A DNA stretch of 64,000 nt, taken from positions 99,140,001 to 99,204,000 of the forward strand of contig NC_086107.1 of NCBI RefSeq assembly GCF_963921235.1, read 5' to 3'. Made by a program: the position numbers and the translations under genes. The stretch's first letter is position 1. Every line of letters begins with the position of its first letter. This document shows positions 1 to 13,455 of this stretch, in pieces. The DNA is from Mobula hypostoma. Its lineage: Eukaryota. The notes beneath the pieces are model-generated. The model saw nothing but the letters and a program-made list of their open reading frames with translations, searched no databases and was not told the DNA's origin.

Positions 1-376
1 CGGGAAACACTTCGTATCAGCTAATTATTATTTCATTGTGACGGTACTTAACTCCATTCTTTTTGTCGTAGCACTGGTCGAGACTTGAGCAAAGCACAGC
101 AACATTACGCTACCTGCTTGCATTCGGCCTTGCCTGAGAAATTGGGCTGTCGAGTCAACTCACACTGAAGGCTAGCGGCATTCGTTTTATATTTAGTTAT
201 CCCTTTCAGCCGTAGTGTAGGCTTCGTTTTCCATTTGATAGTTAACGGCCCTGTTTGGCCTAGCGTTTATAGTTTTCTTCTCCCTCTAAACTCTGTTTTG
301 CTTTAAAGTCTGTGAACTATCGACACGCCTCAGTGTCCCTCACCCGGCGCTTGGGCCACGTCTGAACGTAGTGACA
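1..376 (+). mobile_element. Probable 3' part of an LTR cut by the window edge
   Basis: Ends in ...GTAGTGACA, a typical LTR CA terminus; non-coding. 5' end and TSD not visible. Confidence 0.4.
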
Positions 377-803
377 CTGTGATTCTGAGCAGACCCTGGA
401 GCTTCAGGACAAGGTCTGAACCATCAGGGCTGGGCTCCAACCACAGCCCTGTGCTGCTACTGCCCACAGGTAGTCAGGGAGCATAAAACCTTACTTAAGA
501 TCACCAGACAGTGACTGGTGTCTCAGGTCACCCGCACAGCATATTGCTGTCCCATTAACTTGGCCAACTGGCCCCACTCTCTTGTTGTTAGAAGTGTGTG
601 TGTGTGTGTGTGTGTGTGATCACCTGGAAGAACTATGGAGGGTGCATCTGTAGACCAGAGTAAGTGTAGGGGTGGGGGTGACTCGTCCCTGCTTTCTGCA
701 CAGATCCAGAGCCCCCTCAAAGTTGGTTTAGCACAGGGAGCAAGTGACTATCCAGGCACAGCACCCACGACCTGTGACCAGGGGTCCAGGGATCTAGAGG
801 CAC

Positions 804-1487
804 ATTAGATTAGATTAGATTATGAGGACACTCAGTCCTCGTTTATTGTCATTTAGAAATGCTTGCATTAAAAAATGATACAACATTCCTCCAGAATGAT
901 ATCACAAGAAAACACAGGACAAACCAAGACTAAAACTGACAAAACCACATAATTATAATATATTGTTACAACAGTGCAAAGCAATACCGTAATTTGATAA
1001 AGAGCAGACCATGGGCACGGTAAAAAAAGTCTCAAAGTCCCGATAGCCTCATCATCTCACACAGGCGGCAGAAGGGAGAAACTCTCCCTGCCATGAACCT
1101 CCAAGCGCCGCCAACCTGCCAGTGCAGCACCATTGGAAGCACCCGACCGCAGCGGACTCTGAGTCCGTCCGAAAAGTTTGAGCCTCCAACCAGCCCCTCC
1201 GACACAGCCTCTCCGAGCACCATCCTCTGCCGAACGCTTCGACCTGCCCTGGCCACTGAGCAACAAGCAAAGCCGAGGACTCGGGGCCTTCTCCTCCGGA
1301 GATTCTGGATCATACAGTAGCAGCAGCAGCAAAGCAGGCATTTCAGAAGTTTCACCAGATGTTCCTCCGTGCTCTCACGTCCGTCTCCATCAAATCAGAA
1401 TTGTGCACGGTCCCCTACTTGACAAATACCAGACTTCACCACCGGAGTGGCCGCTGCGAACTGCGTCGTCCCACCATCTTCTCCTCC
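804..1487 (-). mobile_element. Non-autonomous retroposon family A, copy 1 (~680 bp)
   Basis: Similar copies at 59298-59930 and 62268-62913. Minus strand starts GGAGGAGAAGATGG and ends AATAAA, GAGGAC/GTCCTC hairpin, (AATCT)n tail. Confidence 0.85.
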
Positions 1488-2011
1488 TGCCTTTTGGATG
1501 ACACTGGGCTGATGTTCGTCTTTATGGCCCCTTCCAGGCACAGGGCTGCGTCCAGACTGAAATCTGGAGACCCAAGGGACTGGGACCGGATGAAGGGGCT
1601 CGGCCCGGAACGGCCACTCTCTGCTTCCCTCCATGGATTCTGCCTGGCCTCCAGCATTCTTGTGTGCTGCTCCAGGTCAAAGTCTGAGCAACAGCGGCTT
1701 CGTTTGGAAAGTCCGAATCTCACCAGGCAGAGTCTGCACGGCTTCCTGAAGGGAAAATCTGGTCTCTTTTTGAGGGAACGAAAACCGAGGGGGAAACAAA
1801 AGGAACTCAGCCGTTCAAGCTGCATCTGTGAGTGGGTGGGAGGGGGATATGGGGAGGACGTGTCCCGTCACAGATGACACCTGCCCCACTAAATCCCTCT
1901 AGCAGATTATGTTTTGTTCCAGAGCCGAGCATCTTGTGCCTCAACTAAACTGAACCACTAATTGGACTTGACAAAGGTCTTTGTCTCAGTGCCTCACAAA
2001 ATGGTAAAATA

Positions 2012-2330
2012 ACACGCACACAAATGCTGGAGGAACTCAGCAGGCCAGGCAGCGTCTATGGAAAAGAGTAAACAGTCGATGTTTTGGGCCGAGATCCTTC
2101 GGCAGGACAGGCGAAAAGAAGATGAGGAGTCAAAGTAAAAGTTTGGGGAGAGGGGAGGGAAAAACAAGGTGACAGGTGAAACCAGGATTGGTGAAGTAAG
2201 GGGCTTGGTGAAAGAGATACAGGGCCGGAAAAGGGGGAATCTAATAGGAGAGGACAGGAGGCCATGGAAAAAAGAAAAGGGTGGTGGGGAGAAGCCCCAG
2301 CAGAGATAACATGCTGCCATGGATAGAGCA
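2012..2330 (-). mobile_element. Penelope-like element 3' terminal repeat with degenerate hammerhead motif
   Basis: ACAAATGCTGGAGGAACTCAGCAGGCCAGGCAGC...GGGCCGAGATCCTT module with purine-rich tract, shared with 3871-4260. Confidence 0.75.
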
Positions 2331-3870
2331 CAGGCTGACAGGCAGGAAGCAGCAGACAGATAAGAGTGGAGTCATTTTACCATTTGATAACCTGAGATCA
2401 CAGGGATCACTGCTGAAACCATGGCTGCATACAAAAACTATTGGAGCAAGGAAGTCAAACTTGCAGACGGCATGAAAATAGACAGCAAGGTGAGTGGTGA
2501 AAATTGTCCAAGCGACTTACAGAGGGTTAGGTGAGAAGGCAAACAGAGTGGGAAAATATGAAGTTGTGCGTTTTGCTAAGAACCACATTACAAGAAAAAA
2601 TAAGCTTATAGTCTGACTTTAACTGCCACGTTGCAGTCCTACGCTATCAAAGATCTTTTATTTGTTCTGTCCATCGCTTTCCCCACTTTTTCTACTACTT
2701 AAGCTCACATTTTTATGCCCTCATGCTCAGTGTTAATGAAGAGTAACCAAGACGTATTGGTTAGTAGGTTAATTGTAAGTTGTCCCATGGTTTGGCTGGG
2801 ATTAAGTTGCTGGGTTGTTGGTGGTACGGCTCAGAGGGGCAGAAGGTCCTATTCTACACTGTATCTCTAAATAAGTAACAGGCTTGTCCCTGAATGATGC
2901 TAGGGTATAGTTCTGGTGGGTGTATCCCGCTCACTGTATAGCACCAGAATATGGTACCAGTGACCACGGGACTGCTTGTGTAGGGTAAGAGGATGAGCAA
3001 GTGTGTTGTTGTCATGAGATAACACAGGGATTCAGATAGTCCTCTGGAGTGGCCGCTGAGTAGATCCATTGGGATGATGGAAAGTTTCATTTCGGGAGAG
3101 AAGCTGTTTAGGCTAAGTTTGTTTCACTTGGAGGGGAGATCGGGGAAAGACTTGATAGAGATGTGCAAAACTATGAAGAGTTCCGAACATGAAACAAAGA
3201 GAGTTCCAGACATGAAGCATTAACTGTTTCCTCTTTCTACAGGTGACCATAAGACATAGGGGCAGAATCAGGCCATTCGGCCCATCACGTCAGCGCTGCC
3301 ATTCGATCATGGCTGATTTATTATCCCTCTCAACCCCATAAGTTGTCTCCATTTGTACAAGAGCCTGATGGCTGGGGGTTAGTAACTGTCCTTGAACCTG
3401 GTGGTGTGAGTACTGAGGCTCTTGTACCTTCTTCCTGATGGCAGCAGCAAGAAGAGAGCACGACCTGGGTGTTGGAGGATAATGATGTGTTCCTGTCGGC
3501 ACTCTTACTCTTACTAGAGATCACAGTGTTTATGTAGGGTAGGAGGATAAACAAGTGCGTTGTTGTCATGATATAACACAGGGGTTCAGTATAGGTGGAT
3601 CCAGACAATCCTGAGCAGATTCATCGGGATGTTGTCTAGGATGGAAAGTTTCATTTTTGGAAGAGAGACTGGATAGGCTGTTTGTTTTACTTGGAGCGGA
3701 GGAGATTGGCGGTGGGGGTGGGGACTTGATAGAGATGTACAAAGCTAAGAGGGGCACATGCAGGATAGACAGTAGAAATCTTTCTCAACACCCACAAAAT
3801 GCCCACAAGAAAACAATCCTAGCGTTGTATGTAGTGACATGCATGTCTTCTGATGATAAATTTTACTTTG

Positions 3871-5003
3871 AAAATGCTGGAGGAGCTCAGCAGGCCAGGA
3901 GCATCAATGGAAAAGAGTAAAGTGTCGAGGTTTTGGGCCGAGACCCTTCTTCAGGACTGGAAAAAAGCTGAGAAGTCAGCGGAAGAAGATGGGGGGAGGG
4001 GGGAGGGAAGGAAGAAGCACAAGGTGGTAGGTGAAAGGTGAAACTGGGAGGGGGAGGGGTGAAGTAACGAGCTGGGGAGTTGATCGGTGAAAGTGATAAA
4101 AGTCTGGGGGGGGCGAATTCTGATAGCAGACAACAGAAGGTCATGGATGAAAGGGAAGGGGGAGGAACACCAGAGAGAGGTGATGGGCAGATAAGAAGAG
4201 AAGGTGTGAGAGGGGCAACAGGAATGGGGAATGGTGAAGGAGGGGGAGGGGGCAATTACCGGAAGTTTGAGAAATTGATGTTCATGCCATCAGGTTGGAG
4301 GCTACCCAGACGGAATATAAAGTATTGTTCCTCCAACCTAAGTGTGGTCTCATCCTGGACTGACATGTCAGAATGGGAATGGGGAGTAGAATTGAAATGG
4401 GTGGCCACCTAGAGATCTTGCATTTTCGGGCAGATGGAATGAAGATGCTCAATGTCAGGTCTCACTGGTATACAGGATGCTACAATGGGAGTACCAGATA
4501 CAGTAGATAACCACAACAGACTCATAGGTGACATGGTGCCTCACTTGGAAGGACTGTTTGGGACCCTGAGGGAGGAGGTGTAGGGGCAGGTGTAGCACTT
4601 GTTCTGCTTGCGAGGATAAGTGCCAGCAGGGAAATCAGTGGGGAAGGACGAATGGACAAGGGAGTCATGTAGGGATCGATCTCTGTGGGAAGTGGAAAGG
4701 CAGAAGAGGGAAAGATGTGCTTGGTGGTGGATTCCATTTTGAGATAGCGGAAGTTACGGAGAATTATGTGCTGGATGCGGAGGTGTGTAGGGTTGTAGGT
4801 GAGGACAAGGGGAATCCTATCCATGGTGTGGCAGCGGGAGGCTTGGGTGAGGGCAGACGTGTGTGAATGGAAGAGATGTGGATGAAGGCAGCATTGATGG
4901 TGGAGGAAGGAAAGCCCCTTTCTTCAAAGAAGCAGGACATCTCAGTTGTTCTGGAATGAAAAGAAAAAGCTCCATCCTGAGAGCAGATGAAGTGGAGAAG
5001 CAA
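3871..5003 (-). mobile_element. Penelope-like element fragment (RT C-terminus/linker, decayed GIY-YIG region, 3' repeat)
   Basis: ORF 4522-4824 DRIPLVLTYNPTHLRIQHIILRNFRYLK...TKHIFPS and 4764-5006 FFEERGFPSSTI resemble the Penelope linker; decayed VIYCI-like motif near 4490-4510. Confidence 0.8.
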
Positions 5004-5917
5004 CATTTTTTATTGCTGCATAGACCAACCATGTTCTGAGCAGGACATTTTCACACAGGCTGAAAATTGCGCAGCACTTTAAATGCTTTTTTTTTGTAAT
5101 ATACATACTGTGAATATTTAGACTGGAAATTGGAAATTTTTTTCTTTTGAATTTATTTATTAATTGAAGGAAATACAGTACAACAAAGAAAATCTTTCAC
5201 ATTTTGTAAACATTTTCTCATTTGTTTTTGTTGCAGCTGCATGGCCACGAAGGCTATGTGCATGGGAGCATTTTAGTTACTGCGTGGCTGCGCACCCGTG
5301 CAGCTTAGAGGGAACAGTGCCTTCTCCTGTGCCACACTGTTTTGCTTTCTGTTTTATTCTAACAATTGTACTGATGCTGTTTCCTGAAATCAAACAGAAC
5401 TCAAAAATATTATTAGTTTTATTCCCAGTTTTCTGACCTGCTTTCATCTTTATCTGGCCTGTCTGACTGCTCCCTTCCCTCACTCAATCTCTCCACCTCA
5501 TGAGATAGATCATGACAAACATCTATAACAAGCCTGCAGCCTCCCACCTTGCCTCTTGTAGTGACTCCCATTTTGTTCTCCTGGTTCCTCCATCTTTGTT
5601 GTTTTTGCTCTGAGACTTTACAGCAAAGGGGCCTCCCAACCTGTCCTCTCAGTTCGTCAGTCATAGCTTCCTTTCCACCATAGAGTCCTTGACCACATCT
5701 CCACTCTCTCAGCCTCTCCCCTTCTGGATGAAACAAGAATGGAGTTCCTTTAGTCCATGCCTTGAACCCCACCCGATTCCACTTCAACAGATCAATTCCT
5801 ATCACCTCCAGCCAGATTCCACGCCAGAGTCAAAGTTGAGTTTATTGTCATCTGCACAAGTACATGTATGCACAGGTGCAATGAAAACTTTAGTTGCAAG
5901 AGCATCACAGGCACATA

Positions 5918-5989
5918 CGTATTGTGCAAAAGTCCTGGGCACATACAGTATGTATAGCCAGGGTGCCTAAGACTTCTGTGCAGCACTGT
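5918..5989. mobile_element. Tc1-type mini-MITE (~70 bp)
   Basis: Imperfect inverted ends TGTGCAAAAGTCCTGGGCAC / GTGCCTAAGACTTCTGTGCAGCACTG; same TIR as at 29651 and 61201. Confidence 0.65.
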
Positions 5990-8808
5990 ATATCACTGGA
6001 GTCGAGCATGAGTGTACACAGGTCAGTTCCTGTACACCACTGGAATGCCATACAGGCCCCCACCTTTATTTCAAGGCTCAGGTTGTGATTGACCATCTCA
6101 CCTCGTGCCCACTGGACTTGCATGTAGTGTCACAGGGCGCTCCGCAGGAAGGACAGCAGTGGCTGCAGCTGCAATGCCCTGCCATCCCACGGTCTTCTAC
6201 CTGCTGCCATCCAGGAGAAGCCCATAGTCCTTGCCCTTCCACCCGTCACTCAGGACTCCAGCACCCAGGACATTTCGCTGCTGTCATCAGGAGCCTCAGG
6301 ACTCACACCATCAGGTTCAGGAACACTTGTCACCCCTCAGCCACCAGGCTCTGGAACCAGACAGGATAACTTCACCCGCCCCATCACTGAAATGTTCCCA
6401 CAACCTATGGACTCACTTTCAAGGACTCTTCATCTCATGTTCTCAATATTTATTGCTTATTATTATTATTTCTGTTTTTCTTTCTTTTTGTATTTGCACA
6501 GTTTGCTGTCCTTTGCACATTGGGTGTCTGCCCTGTTGGGTCGGTCTTTCATTGATTCTATTATGGCTATTAGATTTATTGTGTATGCCTACAAGAAAAT
6601 GAATCTCAGGATTGTATCTGACCACATACATGTACTTTGATAGTAATAAGCTTACTTTGAACTTACTGCTTACCAGGGACTTTGGGGAAAAAAGGAGAGG
6701 ACACTACCTGTGTAACTCACCGACTGCACCCATGTTAATGGACCGCTCTGTTCTGTTGTCAGTATTACCTGAGTTTTTGGGACAATTCTGGGCTGACTCA
6801 GGATGCCTTGCTGTGTAGTTGTGCAGTCCCAACTCCCAGCGGCACTCTGAAACATCTCCTCCTGCCTTGTTATCCAGGGCAACTTTCAACAACCATCCTG
6901 CGTGTGCTTGGAGCTTCACGCCATGGAATCACTCCCGCTCGGGGATGCAGGTCGGAGTGTCCCCAGAGGTGGGGTTTACGCAGAATTTCAAAGGAATTCT
7001 GGAGAGACAGGGGAGCACAGAGGAATAGATCTAACACCAGGACGCTTGAGGGCATGGCTGCCAGTGTTGGAGGGGGGGGGGCGGCTGAAGAGATAGCAGA
7101 TAAGAGAATTGGATGGATGGATGTAACAAAAATCTCACTCACATAGGTTGCTACAGCAAAGGCTGGCGCACAGAGTGCAGTCACACACACTTGGTGGTCC
7201 CTCTGGCCTGGTTTTGGATGGGAACGTGGCAAGCTGGATCACAAATTGGCTCAGTGACGGGTAGTAGAGGGCAATGGGCAACTGGCATTTTAGTGAATGG
7301 TGGTCGTGTACAGCGGAGGTTCCACAGGGTTCAGCCCTAGACCCCTTGCCTTTCGTGGTTTATATCTTTATTTAAACTCATGGACAACCATCAAGAAGAG
7401 TGATTCTGGGAAATAAAGGGTTAACCTATGAGGAGTGTTTGATGGTGCTGGGAATGTACTTGCTGGAGATTAGAAGAATGTAGGGGTGGTGTGGAATCTC
7501 ATTGAAACCCATCGAAAACTGAAAGGTCTAGATAGAGTGGATGTGGAGAGGGTGTCACTTTAGAAGAGAGATGAAGAGGAATTCCTTTAGCCAGAAGGTT
7601 GAATGCATTGCCACAGATGGCCGTGGAGGCCAAGTTATTGGATATGTTTAAAACAGAGGTTGATGGGTTCTTGATTGGTAAGGAGATCATAGATTATAGG
7701 AGAATGGGGTTGAGTGGGGCAATAAATCAGTTGTGATAGAGTTGTGGAGCAGACTTGATGGACTGAATGGCCTAATTCTGCTCCTATGTCTTATGGTCTT
7801 AGATGGTAAAGAGGAAGCTCTAGATCACCAGAAGATACCAATGGACCAGTTCAGTGAGTCAAATAATAGCAAATGGAACATAATCTAGAGACAGAAGCGG
7901 GGAGGGAACTGGTTAACCTAGAGGAATCCCACACATTCCATGAGGCGGACATACTAATTCCTTACAGAGGATGCCGGGATTGAATTTTCTGAATTCCATC
8001 ACCCTGAGCTTTCAGACCGTTGTGCTAACTGCTACACTACCATGGTGCCCTCATTGTCGGTCGGGGTTGACCATGGATGTTGTCCTAGCTGTCTAGATAC
8101 TCATGCCAGCGTGATACAACATGGTGGGCAATGTTCTTCCCACGTAGCAAGCTCCCCCTCTCCACACATCTGATGAACCCGAAGGAATGAGGAACGGCAG
8201 AGACCCATACAGTTTGGCTCCAGCTGCGTCCCAGGAGTTGCCAGTCTGCATTGAACTCAACGTAGGACTCCAGCTCTGGATTTTTTCTAAGGGTTTACTC
8301 CCGAAGCCTTCCCCATGAGTGGGTATAGCCGCAAGGCAGCGGAGGTTTGAGATCAGAGTTTTCCTTCTCCTAGATGAGCTGCCAACCACGGCTGATGAGC
8401 CCCATCTGCCCGGAGTGACTGGTTTTAAGGTGCTGGTAACCCACCTTTGCCCCTTCTCCTGTCAGTAGAAACAGTTCCACCAGGCTTAATAACTAAGCCA
8501 CATGTGAAGGCCAGGAGGTGGACTTGGTTGTCGGAGGCTATTTGAGGTGCACGTCATTGGGAATATTTAATAGGTAGTGGGAGCTCGTCCCCATTACCAA
8601 CCCTGGCTATAACAACCTTAAGGAACCCAGATAACTTTATCTGTAGTTTATCTCCATGGCAACCCTACCTCACCCCATCAAAGTTCAGATCCTTCCCACT
8701 CCCACCCTCTCTGCAACTGAAAAACTAACATGTTTTCTCCTTCAACCAAAACACATAAAAGTTGCTGGTGAACGCAGCAGGCCAGACAGCATCTCTAGGA
8801 AGGGGTAC

Positions 8809-8844
8809 AGTCGACGTTTCGGGCCGAGACCCTTCGTCAGGACT
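8809..8844 (-). ncRNA. Minimal type I hammerhead ribozyme motif in a Penelope-derived repeat
   Basis: Minus strand AGUC-CUGACGA-A-GGG(UCUCGG)CCC-GAA-ACGU-C/GACU: core boxes, 4-bp stem I, 3-bp stem II, palindromic mini stem III, GUC triplet. Confidence 0.75.
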
Positions 8845-9007
8845 CCTTTTTTATGTGTATTGCTTGAAATTCCAGCATCTGCAGATTTCCTTGTGTTTAT
8901 GTTTCCTCCTTTCTCCTTTCACAGTGGCTACCTGACCAGCTGAGTGATTCCGGCAGTTTTTTGATTTTGTTCATTTTCAAGCTGCTTTTTATAAGACCCA
9001 AATTCCT

Positions 9008-9372
9008 AATGGGTGGCCGGGTGGAGATACGTCTCTACCAAAGGAGGTGGAAGGCCCTCCTTCTCTCCGCTAGGTCACCCTTGGGTGAGGTGTAGCACCT
9101 GTTTAGCCACCGATCGGGGTCACGAGACACCATGGGAGCAGGTGGTGGATGGTCGTATGAGCAGCTGGTGCACATCACAAGTCCTGGTTATGTGACCATT
9201 GATGCCAGGCAGACAATCTCTGTTAATGGCCAGGGTCACCCATCTTGTAAAGTCACTGCCCAGAAGAAGGCAATGGCAAACGGCTTCTATAGAAAAAAAT
9301 GCCAAGAACAATTGTGGTCATGAGACCAACATCGCCCACATCATACAACACCGCACAGAATGCTGATGATGA
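9008..9372 (+). mobile_element. RTE-type non-autonomous retroposon
   Basis: Inverted similar copy at about 57610-58015; (TGA)n-like tail. Confidence 0.6.
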
Positions 9373-11199
9373 CAGATTCCTAAAGAACTGTCTCGGCTGT
9401 CTCCCTTCAAGTAACTGATGGCTTTCGCTGGCACTTACTACTGCCAGCTGCACATAAAATGCTGGAGAAACTCAGCAGGTCAGGCCACACCTTTGAAGGG
9501 GAATAAACAGCTGACATTTCAGGCTGCGGCCCTTTATCAGGGCCAGAAAGAATGGGGCAGAAACCAGAATAAGAAGGTGAGGGGAGTGGAGGGGTACCAT
9601 TTGTGTGCGTCTCTGATCATTGTGCATTCAATCTGATCGGATCTATATGCTGGCTCCGTATGTTCACTGCATTCTGTTTACTCTGCGCGCACGTGCTGTG
9701 GACTTGCTGTGTGAGTATTCTGTGCGTTTGGTTCTTGCAGTTCCACCATGGATGGTCCCTAGCTGTGGAAGGAGGAGACTTGGGCATAGGGCTAGCAACC
9801 CCATCCCGTAAAAGCCCAGTGTTACAGAGACACCAACAGAAGATCCAAAGACCTCTTCCCTGGGAGAGGAAAGATCTGGGGATACACCTGGGGAGAACTT
9901 AAAAGACTGGCCCAGGACAGAGGACTCTGGCGAACGGCTGTTGGCAACCTGTGCCCCAGCAGGGCTGATGGGCTTAACTAACCAACAAACTATACCAGGA
10001 TTCTCCAGCTCACTCTGTCTTCCCCGTGTCCAGTTATTCTGCGCTGACTCCAGCTGCTCACTGTGTATCGCCCACTCCCTGTGACCGTTGTGTGTGCACA
10101 CTCACTGAGTGCACCCTGTACACTGCTCGCTGTGCCAGGAGACCAAAGAGAGTCTTTCTTCAAAGTGACGGTGTTCCTACAGGTACCTGTATTTCTGTTT
10201 GTGTACGTCTGTGTCTGTGTGTAGTTCTTCATTAATTCTATTGTATTCCTTTGTTCTACTGAGAATGTTTGCAAATGAATCTCACAGTAGGTAATGAGAA
10301 CATACTGTATGTACTAGGATAATAAATTTACTTTTGAGCTTTGAACTTTTTAAATATCAATATAAACTTTATTCATAATAAAAGATTATTTATAATACTA
10401 AGTCATGCAGAATCTTTTCATTTCTTAGTTCATAGACAATATGTTAAGCGGGGTCTCAGCCCAAAATGTCGACTGTACTTTTTTTCCATAGGTACTGCCT
10501 GGCCTGTTGAGTTCCTCCAGCATTTTGTGTGTGTTGCTTTGGATTTCCAGCATCTGCAGATTTTCTCTTGTTTGTGTTAAGTAGGTGTTCTGACCAATAG
10601 CACAGTTTCCACTCATGTGGTCCCCAGGGGTGGTACACTGCCTGTGCCACAATAACTGGAGGGCTGCCTCACCCAACCTGGCCCCTCGTTGACCCTCCCT
10701 TCACAGTGCAACCTTTTATCCCTCTCTGACAGCACCCGGTCAACGCCCTTACCCTGTTGCTTGTGTTCTGCACCCCCCTCTTGGACTGCGCCAATCAACA
10801 ACCTGTCTATCCAGGGACAGAAATAACCTCAGATGCCCACCATCCACACCAGGAAAGGGGAGCAGGAGTGACTGCAGAGGCTGGTAAGTCACTCATCGGG
10901 AGACACAAGGGTAAACAATAACACAGGGTAATTGCCTCTCTAATTTTAACTTCGAATAAAGACATTAAATTGTTTTTAGGAGAAATTCTTCAGATGCTGG
11001 AAATCCATGCAACACACACAAAATGCTGGAGGAACTCTGCAGGTCAGGAGGCATCTATGGAAATTAATACGCAGTCCATGTTTCAGGCAGAAACCCTTCT
11101 TCAGGACTTAAATCGTTTGCCTTATAAAACACACAGCTCTAATAAATTCAGTGTTTGTTCCCGTTCCCTAAATGGATAACCTTTAGAATTCCCAAAAGG

Positions 11200-11852
11200 T
11201 TAATTTGCAGGTTCATTCGGTGATGAGGAAGGCAAATGTGATGTGTGAATTCATTTCAAGAGGACTGGAATACAAGAGCAAGAATGTAATGCTGAGGCTT
11301 TCTAAGGCTCTGGTGAGGCCTCACTTGGAGTATTGTGAGCAGTTTTGGGCCCCTTATCTAAGAAAGGATGTACTGACACTGGAGAGTGTTCACGAAAATG
11401 ATTCTGGAATTGAAAGGCTTATTATATGAAGAGCATTTGATGGCTCTGGGCCTCTACTCACTGGAATTCAGAAGAATGAGGGGTGATCTCATTAAAACCA
11501 ATCCAATGTTGAAAGGCCTCGACAGAGTGGATGTGGAAAGGATGTTTCCTCTGGTGGGGGAGTCTAAGACCAGATGGCGCATCTTCGGTATAGAGGAACA
11601 TCCTTTTAGAATGGAGATAAAGAGGAATTTCTTTGGCCAGAGAGTGATGAATTTGTGGAATTTGTTGCCACAGGTGTCTGTGGAGGCCAAGTCATTGGGT
11701 TGATAGATTCTTGATTAGTCAGGGCATGAAGGGATATGGGGAGAAGGCAGAGGATTGGAGCTGAGAGGGAAAATGGATCAGCCTTGATGAAATGGCAGAG
11801 TAGACTTGATGGGTCAAATGGCCTAATTCTGCTCCTAGATCTTATGGTCTTA
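11200..11852 (+). mobile_element. CR1/HER1-like LINE 3' fragment
   Basis: KALVRPHLEYCEQFWAPY, LGLYSLEFRRMRGDLI; tail TCTTATGGTCTTA. Confidence 0.9.
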
Positions 11853-13455
11853 TTATAACGAGTGTGTAGCCTCATGAGAGACAGATAAATTCATTGTACA
11901 AGTTGTACCATATTACTGAACCAAGGAGACAGATCCAAAGAGTCATAAGTGCCAAACGATTTCCATTCCCCCTCAAGTATACGTTCTCACTTTAGACAGG
12001 AGTAACTTGGGCAATGCCCACTCTGTGCCCATGTATAGGAAAATGGACTATTGTCTCACATAGCTTTAGGACATCATTGCACACCTCTCAGATGAGATGA
12101 AAACATGGTCATCTACTATCTGAACCCAAAGTGCTGAGAAAGACTGAATGTTAATTCTCCATTTTCCGTTGATTGAATGGACATTGGCAGATGGATGGAG
12201 TAAAGTTGGAGTTAGGAATGATCCCGAATGTCTCAAGTCAGATATGTTCTCTTCATTGTGTTTTCTTGCAGCCCACAGTTGAAAGGCCTAGACAGAGTGG
12301 ATATGAAAAGGATGCTTGCTTACTATTGTGGGGGAGTCTCGGACCAGAGGGGACCACCTCAGAATAGAAGAACTTTGGAACAAACATGAGGAGGATTTAC
12401 TTTAGCCAGAGGATGGTGAATCTGTGGAATTCATTCCCACCAATGAGGTCAGGTCATCAGGTATACTTAAGGTTAATGTTGGTAGGTTCTTGATCAGTCA
12501 GGGCATCAAAGGTTCTGGGGAGAAGGCAGGAGAATGGGTTGAGAAGGAAAATTCATCAACCATCATTGAATGGTGGACTAGACTAATGGAATGGTCTATG
12601 TCTTATGATCTAATGGTCTGCTGGAACAGTTCCAGAATATATAAAATTTTAGAAGATGATAACTAAAACATTCTCACTATCTCTCTCTCTCTGGAGCAAC
12701 CTCTTCCAGATTCTGAGGTGAAGGTCACCAGATAGTTGAGATTGTCAGCTTTTAAGTATCACTCCTTTAGAATTATCTTTTGCTTATTTCCTTAAGTCCC
12801 TTGTTTTTGTTAGACCCGCAGTTCTCTGATATTCAGGACAGGCTTTTTGTGACCACTACTATGAGTATTTGTTTAATTCATCTGCCATTGTCTATTCTTC
12901 GTAATAAGTTCTTCTGTGTCTACATCTCTGGGGAGTTAATATTTCTCCTGATTGGTCTTTTCCATTTTGTGTACATGTAGAAGCTCTTAAAGGTCCATTG
13001 TTAGATTTCCAACTAGTTGGCTGTAATCCTTCCTTTAACCCCATCCTCATCCTCCTGCGATTACAGGCAAATTTACAAGTCTTTTACTTAGATGGAATAT
13101 TTCCTTTAATCTCTCCTGTCAGCCAAAGATGGGGCATATTTTTCCTGTTGGGGTTTTGTGCCCGGTATACATGTATCATTTAAAAGCTAGTTACTGCCTG
13201 TCCAGTGTCAGATCTTTCGAAGTATTTCTCATTTCAAAACTCTCCCTTCCATCTCTCTGTTTTCTCTCGGTTTTTGACTGCACTTCTTCCCTTTTGAAAC
13301 TCTACGCTACAACAGGATGGCAGTGTGACTAGTCACAGAGGCTTCTACGAGGTCAACAAAAGGTGCTACCATTCTACTTAAATGTACGTCTAATGATTGC
13401 AAGATCCTGCTATATGTTAAGAACTCAAAGGACTGCAGCTCTGCACCATCAGCGG

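Noticed and set aside
1032..1877. Overlapping ORFs recurring at 59439-59943 and 62439-62919
   Set aside because: GC-rich interior of retroposon family A; indels between copies break the frames.
10790..10889. CCAAT box and plus-strand first exon ending CTG|GTAAGT
   Set aside because: No supportable downstream plus-strand exon; motifs are too short to call alone.
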